64,000 bases of DNA from Sphyrna mokarran (Eukaryota), in contig JAGIQG010000014.1 in assembly GCA_024679065.1 (NCBI GenBank), positions 45,074,001 through 45,138,000 of the forward strand, in the 5' to 3' direction. Of the stretch, positions 26,673-39,350 are shown one piece after another (the stretch's first letter is position 1; each line of letters begins with the position of its first letter). The notes beneath the pieces are model-generated. The model was given only the letters and a program-made list of their open reading frames with translations, was not told the DNA's origin and searched no databases. The position numbers and the translations under genes are program-made.

Positions 26673-27484
26673 TCAGGGATGTAGGGGTACAATATCAAGG
26701 ATAGGACTCTTAGTAGTGTTGAAGAGCAAAAAGACCTTGGGGTCCAGGTCCATAGGACTCTTAAATCGGCCTCGCAGGTAGAGGATGTGGTCAAGAAGAC
26801 GTATGGTGTACTGGCCTTCATTAATCAAGGGATTGAGTTTAGGAGTCGGGAGGTAATGCTGCAACTTTATAAGCTCCTTGTCAGACCCCACTTGGAATAC
26901 TGCGTGCAGTTCTGGTCACCTTATTACAGGAAGGATGTGGAAGCTATTGAGAGAGTGCAGAGGAGATTTATAAGGATGTTGGCTGGATTGGAGGGCATGC
27001 CTTATGAGGAACGGTTGAGGGAGCTAGGTCTCTTCTCCCTGGAGAGACAAAGGTTGAGAGGCGACCTGATAGAGGTTTATAAAATGTTGAGAGGTATAGA
27101 TAGGGTGGATTCTCAGAGGTTACTTCCCAGGGCTGAAATAGTCGCTATGAGAGGACACAAGTTTAAGGTGCTGGGGAGCAGGTACAGAGGAGATGTTAGG
27201 GGTAACTTTTTCCCTCAAGAGACTGTTGAGTGAATGGAATTGGCTGCTGTCGATGGTGGTGGAGGCAAACGTGCTGGAGTCTTTTAAAAGATTTCTGGAT
27301 GAGTACATGAGATTTAATGGGATTGGGAGTTATAGATAGTTCTTGATAGGTATGGATATGATTGGTGCAACTTGCGGGCTGACGGGCCTGTTTGTGCTGT
27401 AATGTTTTATGTTCTATCAGACTTGTTATAAACAGTCAATCATTCATGAATAATTAAATGGCAGAAAATATGTTAATTACACCT
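26673..27484 (+). mobile_element. Young CR1 3' end with the same tail extension as the 4720 copy
   Basis: 148-aa open ORF2 C-terminus (LYKLLVRPHLEYCVQFWSPYYRKD...LRGDLIEVYK); 27110-27484 is the reverse complement of 4739-5108. Confidence 0.9.
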
Positions 27485-27795
27485 ACCATACTCTGGAGTC
27501 AAACTATTCAAATTATAGATATGATTCAACAACTTCAACACTCTAGAAGCAATAAGAAGTCTGAGAAAGTTTTGTATATCATTGCTAGGACAAAGCTGCA
27601 ACTTGAAAATAGCATGGTGGGCTTAACAGGAAGAAATCACAAAAGCTGAAGCTAGAAAAATAAACCAATTATTTGTGCAATGAGGCATGTCTGGGTGAAG
27701 AACAGTGGGGAAGTGTAGCAGGTGGATCTGAAACATTTTAAGGTGTAAGAACAATGCTAAACCAAGACAGATGTGGCTGTGAAAGAATGTTGTCC

Positions 27796-27980
27796 TCTCA
27801 AGGTAAAGCAAATCTGTAAATCAACTGAGTTGATTTAAATACAATGTTAAGGTCAAGACAGATAAAATAACATTTTTCTAATGTAAATGTTATGTGAAAG
27901 CAGAATGCAGCCAGAATAGATTGGAAAAGCAAAATAATTCAGTATTTGAGCAATCCAGCAATATTTTGAAATGTGCAGTT
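27796..27980 (+). repeat. ~185-bp local direct repeat, copy 1
   Basis: tctcaaggtaaagcaaatct...tttgaa.tg.gcagtt recurs at 30407-30594. Confidence 0.8.
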
Positions 27981-28859
27981 ACTCACCAAGAAACAGTGAT
28001 ATGAGATTGTTATGGATAATTTGATTTCCTTTCTCTTGATTGCCTTGGTAGACTCATTAACAGACACCCAAAAGTATGGTATGTGGACGCAATGAGATCT
28101 TGTTTAAAGGAAAGTTGAAATGTTAGAGTTGGATTGAATGAAAATGCAGTGTTGCGGTGTCGTACCAGTAAGCTTTCAAAGGCTTATTTCATAACTGTGT
28201 CACACAAAACTGCCAGAGGGCAGGTGCAGCCGTTGGTAGCAGTCTTCACTGAAAGGTGATTCCATGATGTCAGTGGGGACAGCCACAAACCAAGAGCATG
28301 TCTCAGTTTTTTTTTACACATTAGTGGCTAGAAAATATTAGCTGCAGATTCCACAATTTCTCAACATGCACTCCTTGCAAATTCTGGATCATGCAAGTGA
28401 GCCAGAAAATGTGCCACTGATCATAACTGGAGGCAGGATGAAGAAGAACTTGTTCTTAACTAACCTTATGAGAGCTAACGCATTATAAATTTAGGGATCA
28501 AGTCCGTTAGAATATTTTCATTTTGTTCTAAGTGTCTCAAATGCTTGTGATTGCCAGCTGAGAAACAGCATCTCAAGTAGAGAATTAAAAGCTGGTAATA
28601 TTTTAGGAAAGGACCAGGCAGCATCATTATCACTACTGTATGGGGTAGGGGATGGGATATTTTGTTTTTTCAGAGTGACAATAGCTAGTCTTGCATCTGC
28701 ACTAGGCCGCTCTGTTTCTCTGACTGTCCATGGCAGTATGCAGTGAAGCATCACCCTTGACATCTTAGGCAAACGTATGCACAACATACCCAAATTGCAA
28801 CAAGTGGTTTCAGGCCCACTCACAATGTTTAGGCTGCCGTGCGAATAAACGTCCGAGAA

Positions 28860-29140
28860 ACACTATACTGTTGGAGATTCTGTCTTTTGGATGAGACGAT
28901 AAACTGAGCCCCCAGTTGTCCTCTCAGATGGCTGTAGAAGATTCTATGGCACCATTTTGAGGAAGATCAGGTGTGTTCTGCATAGTGTCTTGACCAATAT
29001 TTATTCCTCAATCAATGTCTCAAAATCAGATGATCTGGTCATTTTCATATTACTGTTTGTGGGATTTTTATGTAACAATTCCTTATAGCACTACAGTATC
29101 TACACTTAAAAATGATTTGTTTGGCTGTGAAGTGCTTTGA
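28860..29140 (+). mobile_element. LF-SINE-like element
   Basis: actgttggag..ctgtcttttggatgagacgataaactgag..agattctatggcac..gtgtcttgaccaatatttattcctcaa resembles the LF-SINE core as I recall it. Confidence 0.65.
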
Positions 29141-29325
29141 AAAATGTCCAACTTTCTTTCTAGCATCATCTAGTAAATTTACACTGTACCCTGTTAACAG
29201 ACAATATACCTTTGAGGTGTGGTGCTCAAAACTGCATGGAGTACGTAGAGTTTGACTAAGCTACAGCTATCACATCCTTCTCTTTGTTTCCTAATCCAAT
29301 AATTTGGTATTTCTTTCTTTTTTAG

Positions 29326-29406
29326 CAATGATTTCAGTAAGCTGGTGGCCGAAGAATATCTTAGTTTCTTTGATTTCACAGACTTGAATTTGGATAAAGC
29401 ACTTAG
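29326..29406 (+). CDS. psd2: PSD2-like exon C, Sec7 domain, 81 nt (not in ORF track)
   Basis: Polypyrimidine tract ttctttcttttttAG, donor AG|GTGAGC. Encodes (N)NDFSKLVAEEYLSFFDFTDLNLDKAL(R); phases match both neighbours. Confidence 0.95.
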
Positions 29407-29474
29407 GTGAGCAACAGTAGTGAGATGTAAGTATAGCCAAATCTGTTTTGTCAAAATAGAATTTTTTTTTTTGT

Positions 29475-29790
29475 TTGTTCATGGGATGTGGGTGTTACTA
29501 GCTGGGTAGCATTTATTGCCCATCCCTGAGGGCATTTAAGAGTCAACCACATTGCTGTGCATCTGGAGTCACATTTTGGACAGATCAGGTAAGAACAAGA
29601 GATTTCCTTCCCAAAAGGACATTAATAAACCAGATTGCTTTTTATGACAATTGATTCACAGTTCTCTTTAGACCTTTTAATTCCAGATTTTTATTGAATT
29701 CTATCATGGTGGGATTCAAACCTTGGTCCATAAAGCTTTCACTGGGTCTCTGGGTTACTAATCCAATGACAATTTGCCACTGCCTCTTCT
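29475..29790 (-). mobile_element. DeuSINE / SacSINE1-like element
   Basis: ttaagagtcaaccacattgctgtg..tctggagtcaca; homologous to the 7152 and 19960 copies. Confidence 0.75.
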
Positions 29791-30113
29791 TATTTGTTTA
29801 GGATAAATGTTTTGTTAATAAAATATTTATTCATTTAATATAAAAAGCATGATGCAATTAGCTCTTGATATTGTTAAAAATAATATTTATGTTGCACTGT
29901 ATTTTTATAAACTTTACATGAAGCTTTTATGCAGAAAAATATGTAATATATCTTAATATATTACATATTTTGTTACTTCTATGTGTCGCATATAATGCCA
30001 AACAAAGGGATATTTCATATCACAGGTGGGCAGAATGGACTTTTCAGTTTATCTTTTTTTCCTATGATCATTTGGATGCCCATGATCCTGGTGCTGTCTT
30101 CAAAAATTATACA

Positions 30114-30243
30114 AGGGCCGGAATTTTACTGGTCTGCCCGCCACGGGAATTGGAATGGACAATGGACGTACCATGGAAAGGTCCATAGACCTCAAGTGGG
30201 ATTTTAAGGTTTTGGGGCAAACAAGGCCATAAAATCTTGCCCA
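30114..30243. mobile_element. ~130-bp GC-rich MITE
   Basis: gggccggaattttac ... ataaaatcttgccc TIRs; internal tccat.gac motif shared with 62310-62400 and 62554-62680. Confidence 0.6.
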
Positions 30244-30406
30244 AGGTTTCAAACAGATAAATCACGAGACTATTTCCATTGGATAGCCAACAGTATTGAG
30301 AGGACTGAAATTTTAGATAACTATGGAAAGAAAAAAAAGAACAGGTGAAAACAAATTTTCACTGAGGGAATAAGAATATAGACTTTTCTGCCACATATTG
30401 TTTTAT

Positions 30407-30594
30407 TCTCAAGGTAAAGCAAATCTATAAATCTGTTGAGTTAATTTAAATACAATTTTAAGGTCAAGACCAATAAAATTGCATTTTCCTAATATTATAA
30501 AAGTTATATCAAAGCAGAACACAGCTAGAATAGATTGAAAAGCAAAATTGGTTCAATATTTGAGCATTCCAACAATGGTTTGAATTGCGCAGTT
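30407..30594 (+). repeat. ~185-bp local direct repeat, copy 2, embedded in an old CR1 3' end
   Basis: Aligns by eye to 27796-27980; flanks 30250-30395 and 30600-30745 look like CR1 3' sequence. Confidence 0.75.
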
Positions 30595-33500
30595 GTACTT
30601 TCCTCTAAAAGGCTAGTTGTTTGAAAAAGAGGAATACTAAAGGGTATGGAGATCAGAAACAGAGTGGGATTGAACAAGATTGCTCATTTGGAGAATGCCA
30701 ACATAGATTTGATGGCTAAATGGCTGTCTTCTGTGCTATAATAATCTTTGATTCAATTTCATCGTACTAGGAATCTTGGAGTTTCCACTCGACCGTGCTG
30801 GTTTTGTTTTTGTGAAATCCCCTTGATACTGGCAACTGGCACAAAGGATTGCAGAATTTTAAACACAAATTGAGTTCAATAATTTGATTTTTATAAACAT
30901 CAAACTGGAAGCAGGCTCGGTGAACGAAACTAATCAACCCCCAGGATGAATTAATAACCATTGAGAATTTCTGCAAATGCATTTGTTTCCAGGCCTTTGA
31001 GGTTCCAAAAGCTAAAGTATAGGTTTGGGGTACAAGAACACTAAAGAGAATGATTCTCTTTACTGCTGTAAAGTTAATACCATAATTTAATGAGAAAATA
31101 GCCTAGTATTTTTTATTTTTAGCAATATAAATTCAAGCTGCTCACAGGTGGATTGACACTGCGATTTTAAAATATTTTACTTTTTTCAGCTGTTAATGAA
31201 ACATTACCAAATTACAACTCTTAAACATATCAAGAATTATTTTAAAGCAGAAGAAATATATTTTAACACACTACTTGGTTTGTGCAATGGTTGCTTTGGC
31301 AATGTGCAATTGTTAAGTTTGAGCAGAACTTCAGGGAGGATATGAGGGGTGTGGAAAACACTCATCAATGCAATTCAGTGTACTCTTTGTAGCAAATTGG
31401 CAAATACTGCCCAGAACTGAAATTCTATCCATTGTTCCCAGTATCTAAAGTTTCGATCACATTGTAGTAAGCAGTTCAGAATGTGCTCTTAGCATAGTTT
31501 ACACTAGATTTGGCATCTTTAATTGGAATTGTAGAAATTTCAGCATGAAATTGCCCATTCTGCTGATGCAAATTCCCATTTAGCATTGTTAACTAGTCCA
31601 GTTCTCTGTGCTTTCCCCATATATTTCTTAATACTTTTTCTCCTTGTGCTTATCTAATTAATTCTAAATACTATTACTTACACTTGAGTAGCCATATTGT
31701 TGACGGCTTGTGTATTTGTGGACTCTGCTGTCCACATTCCTGTAACATGTTTGTCAGTCAACAGTTAACATTGAAACTGTCAATGTATGTGCATTTAGTG
31801 TAGGAATTACTACTATAAGCAATTGTCAGGCACAATCATTGGCGAACCAGTTGATTTGCTTAAAATATTTTATGCATTTTTGTAGTAACTGAAGTTTATA
31901 ATTTTTAAAGTAACATCTTAAAAATGTGAAATATAATAAATTGCTGTGTGATTAAATTTTTCTGTTGAATTATCTTTAACTTCCTTAAAGTTCTTACTTG
32001 AGGACCTCAGTCTGTCACACAGATTTTCAGTGGCCTTTCATGTGGGGACAAACGTGTTTTTTAAAAATACCACACTCTGATGGCATGTTAGTTTTCTGAC
32101 ATCCCTGTGATGCAATGAAAGCTTTAAAGACAGAGTGGGAAGGTGATAGCAATCCATGCAGCCCCATTATCTTGCTGTTAATCTCACTGAAGAGCTATTT
32201 AACAGCCTAAAGAGAGACAGAATCGGATCTCTACAAATAAGAATGGAAGTGCAAAAGGTCTAGGGCCATTAGTTCACAGCTGTTGGGAGCACAGTGGGGA
32301 GCCATTATTTATTGTGATTAAAAATAATTTACAAGAAAGGACAATCAAACTTGGGTGCTCATACAGAGACACAAACTTTCCATTGGTTAAACAAAGTGGA
32401 TTAAGTGCCAGATTAGTGGGTGCTTGTGCATTTGTTTCAAAGGCAGTTCTGGCTTTCTGCCCTTTCTTCTGCCTGCTTCATTCATCCAAGCAGCAGCAAC
32501 CCCTGTCATGGCTGCTGTTCCCCTTTTGAAAATTGTCCTTCAGAACTACTTCCCACCTTCAGGCCACGTCCACTCCAACAACTAGGTTCTGAACTAATTA
32601 GGGCCTTTACCTTTAGAGGCTGTGTCATGCCACTGATGTGATGCAGAAGAAAATGATCACTTATCTGCGAGGTCTGAGATTCCTTGCTTTTGCCAAATGG
32701 CTTTTCACTGAAGTGGAGGTTAGTTTGAAGCAGTTCTCATTAAAATATTAATATTCTCAATTATGGAGTGCTCAGTCAAACAAAATGTCTGATTATCTTG
32801 CTGCGATGAGTGATGGCTGTTTCCCTTTTTAACTGTCAACAAAGATCATTTATTGTGAATGGATTTCTTTCTCTTTAATTGGTAGATTGAAAACTGAATT
32901 TTTAAAAATCCTTATGGTATTTTAAGAGTGCAGTGTCCTTTCATTTAAAAAAAAGTCCTGGAAAACTATGGCGGTGAATTTATGACCTCATCCCATCCAT
33001 CGATTGGTGTGGCAAGGTGGTAAAATTGAATGAGAAGCCAAAAATCAGATTTGCACTCTATTTCGTCACTCGCAATCTTGCCCTGTTTTGCTAGCAAGAT
33101 CAGCTTCACGCCCAAAAAGAGCAGTGAAATTCATTTAAATATTAATGACATGCATTACATGTCATTAAGTGAGTTCCACACAGCATTGCCCAGTCTCACT
33201 TGCATTTACCTCTTAGTCCGTTGGTCCTCTTGCAGGTGACAATGATTGCTTGTTTCCACCAGCAGAGACATACGTGATGGCCTTGCTAGGGATCAAAGGT
33301 CACTAAAGTCCCCGGATGGGTTGGGGAAATGGGCTAGGCAGTGCTCATGGTACAGACAGTGAGCAGCAGGGATAGGAGGTGGGCATGGGGACATGCATCG
33401 TGTCATGAAGGGGATCCTATCAGGAGGGTTTGTGACCCATGTTGCAATGGGGGGATTACATTGTCACTGAAGATGGAGGGAATGGGGGATATGTGTAGTA

Positions 33501-33794
33501 GGAGGTTTCCCGATTGAATGGGAGATAGGGGCATCTGCTCAATGGGGAAGTTTCAGCAATATCTGCAATCCATTTTTTTTTTTAACAATACAGCACAGAA
33601 CAGGCCCTTCGGCCTTCGATGTTGTGCCGACCAAAATAAAAAGCAATGCCCCTCCAAACTAAACCATTCCCTTCTCTTCCATATACTTATCAATTAACCT
33701 CTTAAACGCCACCAAACTTGGCGCATCTACAACAGCTGCAGGCAGGGCATTCCACTCCCTAATCGCTCTTTGAGCAAATTATGCATCTCTATGA

Positions 33795-34067
<273 letters not shown>

Positions 34068-35376
34068 TAAATGATTGATTATTCAACATTGGTTATTGGT
34101 GTAAGTTTCAGGAAAGAGAAAATATATTTAAAGGTACTTTGCCTATATTGATTACAGTTATATCTCTGTGGCAGATTCTGACAAACTTTTTTGGCGTCTC
34201 CTAAGCTGTATTTTACACGATGAGAACACTCCAAAATGTTGCAGTTAAAATCAGTAATTTAGAAATAGGAATTTGCCCAGAGTGGAAGTTTGGTGAAGTG
34301 GGTGAAGGTGGAACCTTAAATCAGTGGCCAACAGTAAATAATCACAGAGGAGAAAAGAGAAAAAGATGACACCACAATCAATACAGAGTGAGGTACTGCA
34401 GAACCTGTGGAAATGAAAATAAGTGTACAGGAAACGGTTTAGGTATCTCTTTTGTTTGATTAGAATCTGTAGGAGTTAATGTTAAGCTTGCATTAGTGAG
34501 GATTTAACATTACTTCAGGTAAGTATAAATCAAAAGTAAAGTAAATGAACTACGTGATTGAAATCAATACTGCAGTTAAAAATACTAATAACTGGCCAAT
34601 CATGATATAATTAATCATTGTAAATAATGACTAATGTAAAGGAATGTGAAGTTGAGGTTAAAATCAGATCACTATGATCTTATTGAATGATGGAGCAGGC
34701 TCACTGAGCTGTGTGAATTACTCCTGCTCCTAATTTGTTAGTTTGAATGCATGTTTGTTTTTTCAATTCAACCTGAATCTGTGCATTTGATAAATCCAGA
34801 TCTCAAGTAACCAATTTGTTTGAGTAATAAATTATGGATAACATCCTTTAAAAATTAATTCCTCTGTAAAGACATGGCTATGCAGCTGTTACGTCAGGAT
34901 TGTAGTTTGTGGGGGTTTCTGGACAATTTTGTTCCAAATGGCACATCTGCTTTGAACCTAACTCATTGAGTTAGAGTCTGAGCTTGAGATAGCACAACAC
35001 ATTGAGAAGGAAAAGGAATTGCTGGCTAATTTTCTCCAGAATACATTTACCTATGAAAGGAAAATCTTAGTACAGGAAGATGAGAGTATGACTGTCAGTC
35101 AGCCAGGTAAGGGTGATCATATGTGAGATAGAAAGTAGGATCTACAACCAAGCGTTTCAGGATATTACACATGAAGAATAGGAGAAGGGAGATGGAATAT
35201 CTGTACAATAAAGTCCCATCATTCATGACTTCCTCTTTCACAAATTTGCTTATCCACAGAAAAAACTTCGTATACCAGTTATCCCATTGCAGGCCCCAAT
35301 TCACATAGCAGCAGTTTAGAAAATAGAAGTCAAGATGCCAATTATAATGTATGCTCATTGTGCAGTATGTAATTTT

Positions 35377-36432
35377 CAAAGAACAAAACAGCACGGGAAA
35401 CAGGCCCTTCGGCACAATGAACCCGCACCACCACCTCGATGTTCCCACTTCTACCCGTGATCCCTGTCTATGTTTATAGATCTATGGATTAGAAACCAAA
35501 TTTGAGACAATTTAGGGAGAATTTGTTTTGCCAATTAGCCTAAGAGCACATCTTTGGGATGTGGGAGGAAACCGGAGAACTCGGAGAAAACCCACACAAG
35601 CATGGGGAGAATGCACAAATTCCAACAGACACAGGCCCAAATCCATGTATCTGCACAGCACAGCGATAGTCACTGAGCTGTCATGTTGTCCATCAAATGG
35701 TCCAGATCAAGTGTACACTAATGACATGAAGCACTAGAATACTCTCAAAAAATCCAAGAGCAGCCCTCTCATGACGCATTGCGTGTATGCCCCTTGTTAG
35801 ACAACAAGGCGGACCAAAGCACCTGTAGGATAAAAACAAGTACATCAATATCATCATCTATTTACACACTTCCCAGGGACTCCCAAGGCTCATGACCCCT
35901 ATTTTAAATCAGTTTTCTATACCCCTCCATTCCCATTCTGTTCATGTGCCCATCTAAGTATTTCTTAAATAACTCTAGAATGCCTGCCACCACCACTTTA
36001 CTTGGCAGCGCATTCCATACCCCCACCACCCTCCGTGTGAAGAAACTCCCTCTAGCATCCAAATTATACCTTGCCCCCCTCGCCCTAAGCCCGTGACCCC
36101 CTCGTGCTATTTGAGTCCATCCTAGGAAAAAGCTTAACCCTGTTTACGCTATCAATACCCCTCATAATCTTGTACACCTCTATTAGATCTCCTCTAAGCC
36201 TATGTCTTTCTAAGGAAAACAGCCCCAATTTGCCTAACCTCCCCTCATAACTTAGACCTTCCATACCAGGCAGCATCCTGGTAAACCTCCTCTGCACTCT
36301 CTCCAGAGTCTCCACATCCTTCTGGTAATAAGGCAACCAGAACTGGATGCAGTATTCCAAATGAGGTCTAACCAACGTTTTATACAACTGCAACATTAAA
36401 GGCCAGCTCCTGTACTCTATACCTTCCTATAA
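35377..36432 (-). mobile_element. CR1/V-SINE composite, copy D
   Basis: Reverse complement of 8441-9500; ORF 36085-36396 is nearly identical in protein to ORF 8357-8923. Confidence 0.88.
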
Positions 36433-37067
36433 AGAAGAATATTAATACCATCAGGATAGAGAGGAAAAAATAATTGACAAACTAACAAACTTGAAAGAGT
36501 ACAATACCCTAAAACACAATGGTATATATCATCAAGGTGATGCTAGACAGAAAATCAGTGATATTGCTGATTGATAACAAAGTGAACCAAATAACACTGA
36601 GGTCATCTTGGAAGAATGTGGTAGACAAACTAGTTTTTAAGGTATCAATTTAATTAATTACTACCACTCCACAACCCTTCAATGTCCTTATTGTATCCTT
36701 CTGGTACCCCTGGATGCTGCAGACATCCACTGGACTGTCACTCTCTTGAGGATGTTCAGTAGCTTGTGTGAAAATTCCTAAAGTGTGTTAGAAATGCAAG
36801 CAATGAATTCCTCTAATTTGTCCACCATCTTAACCACATACTTCAAAAATTATCTCCATTGACTCTATATGAGATCAATATTCTCTTTGTTATTTTTTTG
36901 AAGACCACGCTACTAAAGTCATAGTTACAGTTAGCCTTGGAAAGTAGCACAACTTTGTATGTTACTAAAACATGTGAACATGTCCCATGCTGTGAGCTGA
37001 TTTTAATTCTGCATCAATACCACAAAGTTTGCATTATAGCATTTTATTTCGATGTGCATAATTATAA

Positions 37068-37169
<102 letters not shown>

Positions 37170-37689
37170 TGATTCTCACTCTTCAATAGGAATTACATAA
37201 TAAAAATAAAAATTGTGAAAAAGTACATTTTAATTTCAGCAAAGGGAAATAAATACAACATATTGTTTAAATAAGTTGATCACAATCATTTTTCAGCTGA
37301 CAATTACAAATGATCATTTTTGTTTCATGAAATCTGTGCATTAAAAATATTTTTCAAATTCGTGCATAATTATTTTTCTTCACAGCTCATCCTTGTTTTC
37401 GTTAAATCTAACCTCAGATTGAGAATCAACGTAATTACAAGCATCAATAATAAATGAAATTGTAGACAGAATCTTCTCACTTCAGTTCCTGCAGAAATGG
37501 CAGGATCATTTTTAGATTGGGAAACAACCTCTGATTTGTACAGTTTGTGGTTGCTGTTTCCCAGAGTAAACTAATTCTCCTCCTGCCTTTGGGTTCCAAG
37601 ACCAATCAGGGAGGATGGTCAGGATTATCATGCCTAAAGCAGCAACGAAGGGTATCGATTTAAAGAAAGTGGAGTCCATCCTGAGTATG

Positions 37690-39350
37690 AGTGCCATGAT
37701 GTTTCAGTCATTTGTACTGATAATCACATCATTGATAATGTAGCCTATCTTATGGAGAAGTGCGTCAAGTGTATCTTGGTCCATATCAATTGCCTGCATG
37801 CACTGGTTGACAATCTGCATAACCAGGATCAAAGCACTGCCTTGGTTACTGAACTCGTATGAGCATGTGCATTCATCCACCAGAATTCTTGTGGCAGAGC
37901 AAGGAAGCATGTAGCCTTTCTCTAGCTCAGCTTGCTCTATATAGAAGTAATAGAAAGTACACAAAAATGAGGTCTTAGTTGCACAAAGGGAATAATCTAG
38001 GTACTTATAACATTAGTTCATGAGCACTCCATTGTTTCCCTTTATTTGAATAATTTTTTTTTTGTTAACAAATGATGGCCATGTCCTTACTTTATGGATT
38101 TGCCCAGTGACTGGTCAGTTTAATTTTGATGAATGGCATGAACTGCTTTGATAAGAAAACTAGATGTGAATGGATGGGTGGCTATGATTTGCGGGTGTTA
38201 AGGTGGATTGGAGGTTTACCACAGGGATCATAATTAGAAGTTTTCAATATTCCCAGTACTTCTCAAATCAAGCCTGTTTGAATGAGGGCATTGCGAGTGT
38301 CTCTACAAGTGGATCTTCAGCTGCAAGCTCCAAAAGCACTTTCAGGATGTTCCTTCTCCACCTTTTCATCTTCTGTACAGTGCCATGTTATGAAGGACAC
38401 AGCAACCCGCTACAATCAACGACACCCTTGTTGGGCATATTGAAGGGCACATCCAAAGCAGTCAAGGCATTGTATTCTAATTTAAATTAAACCAGTAGTT
38501 TGCTCTATTATAGTCCTTGAAGTAACTTACCCTGTTATAGCCCTGAATATAAGTGGGTATCGCTTACCTATCAGATTGAGGCTGACTGGAGAGAAAAGCT
38601 GTGAAACATGAGACTACTGAAAGATGAATGAGTTATGGCAGCCCTCTGACTACTTAGCGGATAATTAAATTCTGCTCTTGACAAAGGAGCAGACACTCAT
38701 GCATTTGATAAATAGCCTATCTGTTCTGATTGTGCATTTGTTACCATACAGTGCAGTCAATGACCGCACCCCCACCTCCTATCTGTGGAACTCCTGCAAG
38801 GGACATAAATCCAATAGCCTGTTGGGTTTGGTTCCCTCAACCATCTCAAAGTGAAAATAGTTGGAAGGCCTCATAAGCAAAGCATCTGGCTAATGTAGTT
38901 GTGAGCTGCAGATGATGAGATTCTACATATATCAGTAACTGAACCCTAACAGAACCTGCATGTAAAAAAAAGTTGAGGGCTGTAGTCACCTTGACAGCCA
39001 AGTCAATGATAGCCATTGCTTCTCTTGGCATAAGGTCTGCTTCCAAGAGGTCACCTGCTGCATAAACCTGAGCCTTCAGAGTGTGAAGAACAGAACCCAA
39101 TGATCATCCTCTGTTTCATCCAGTTACATGTGGCTGAAGAGAAGGCAGCTGCTGGCGCTGGCATTGCTACTTTTGTTACTTTGGCAGCTGAGCTGGGAGG
39201 CACACAATACGTCCTCCTCAGAAATCTAACCAACTGTTGAATATGTAGACCCCATGTCACAGGGAACTTTCACGGCCAATAAGATAAGAATAACATCAAG
39301 TGGTATCCAAGACCATTGATCGAAGTTATACGGTGTTGCTGTCCCCATCA
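37690..39350 (-). mobile_element. PIF/Harbinger transposase remnant
   Basis: LAVKVTTALNFF..GS (HARBI1-like VAVKVTAALNF.ASGSFQ) at ~38950-39010; degenerate N.G...L.MQ.V...DA.L segment at 37750-37900. Confidence 0.6.
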
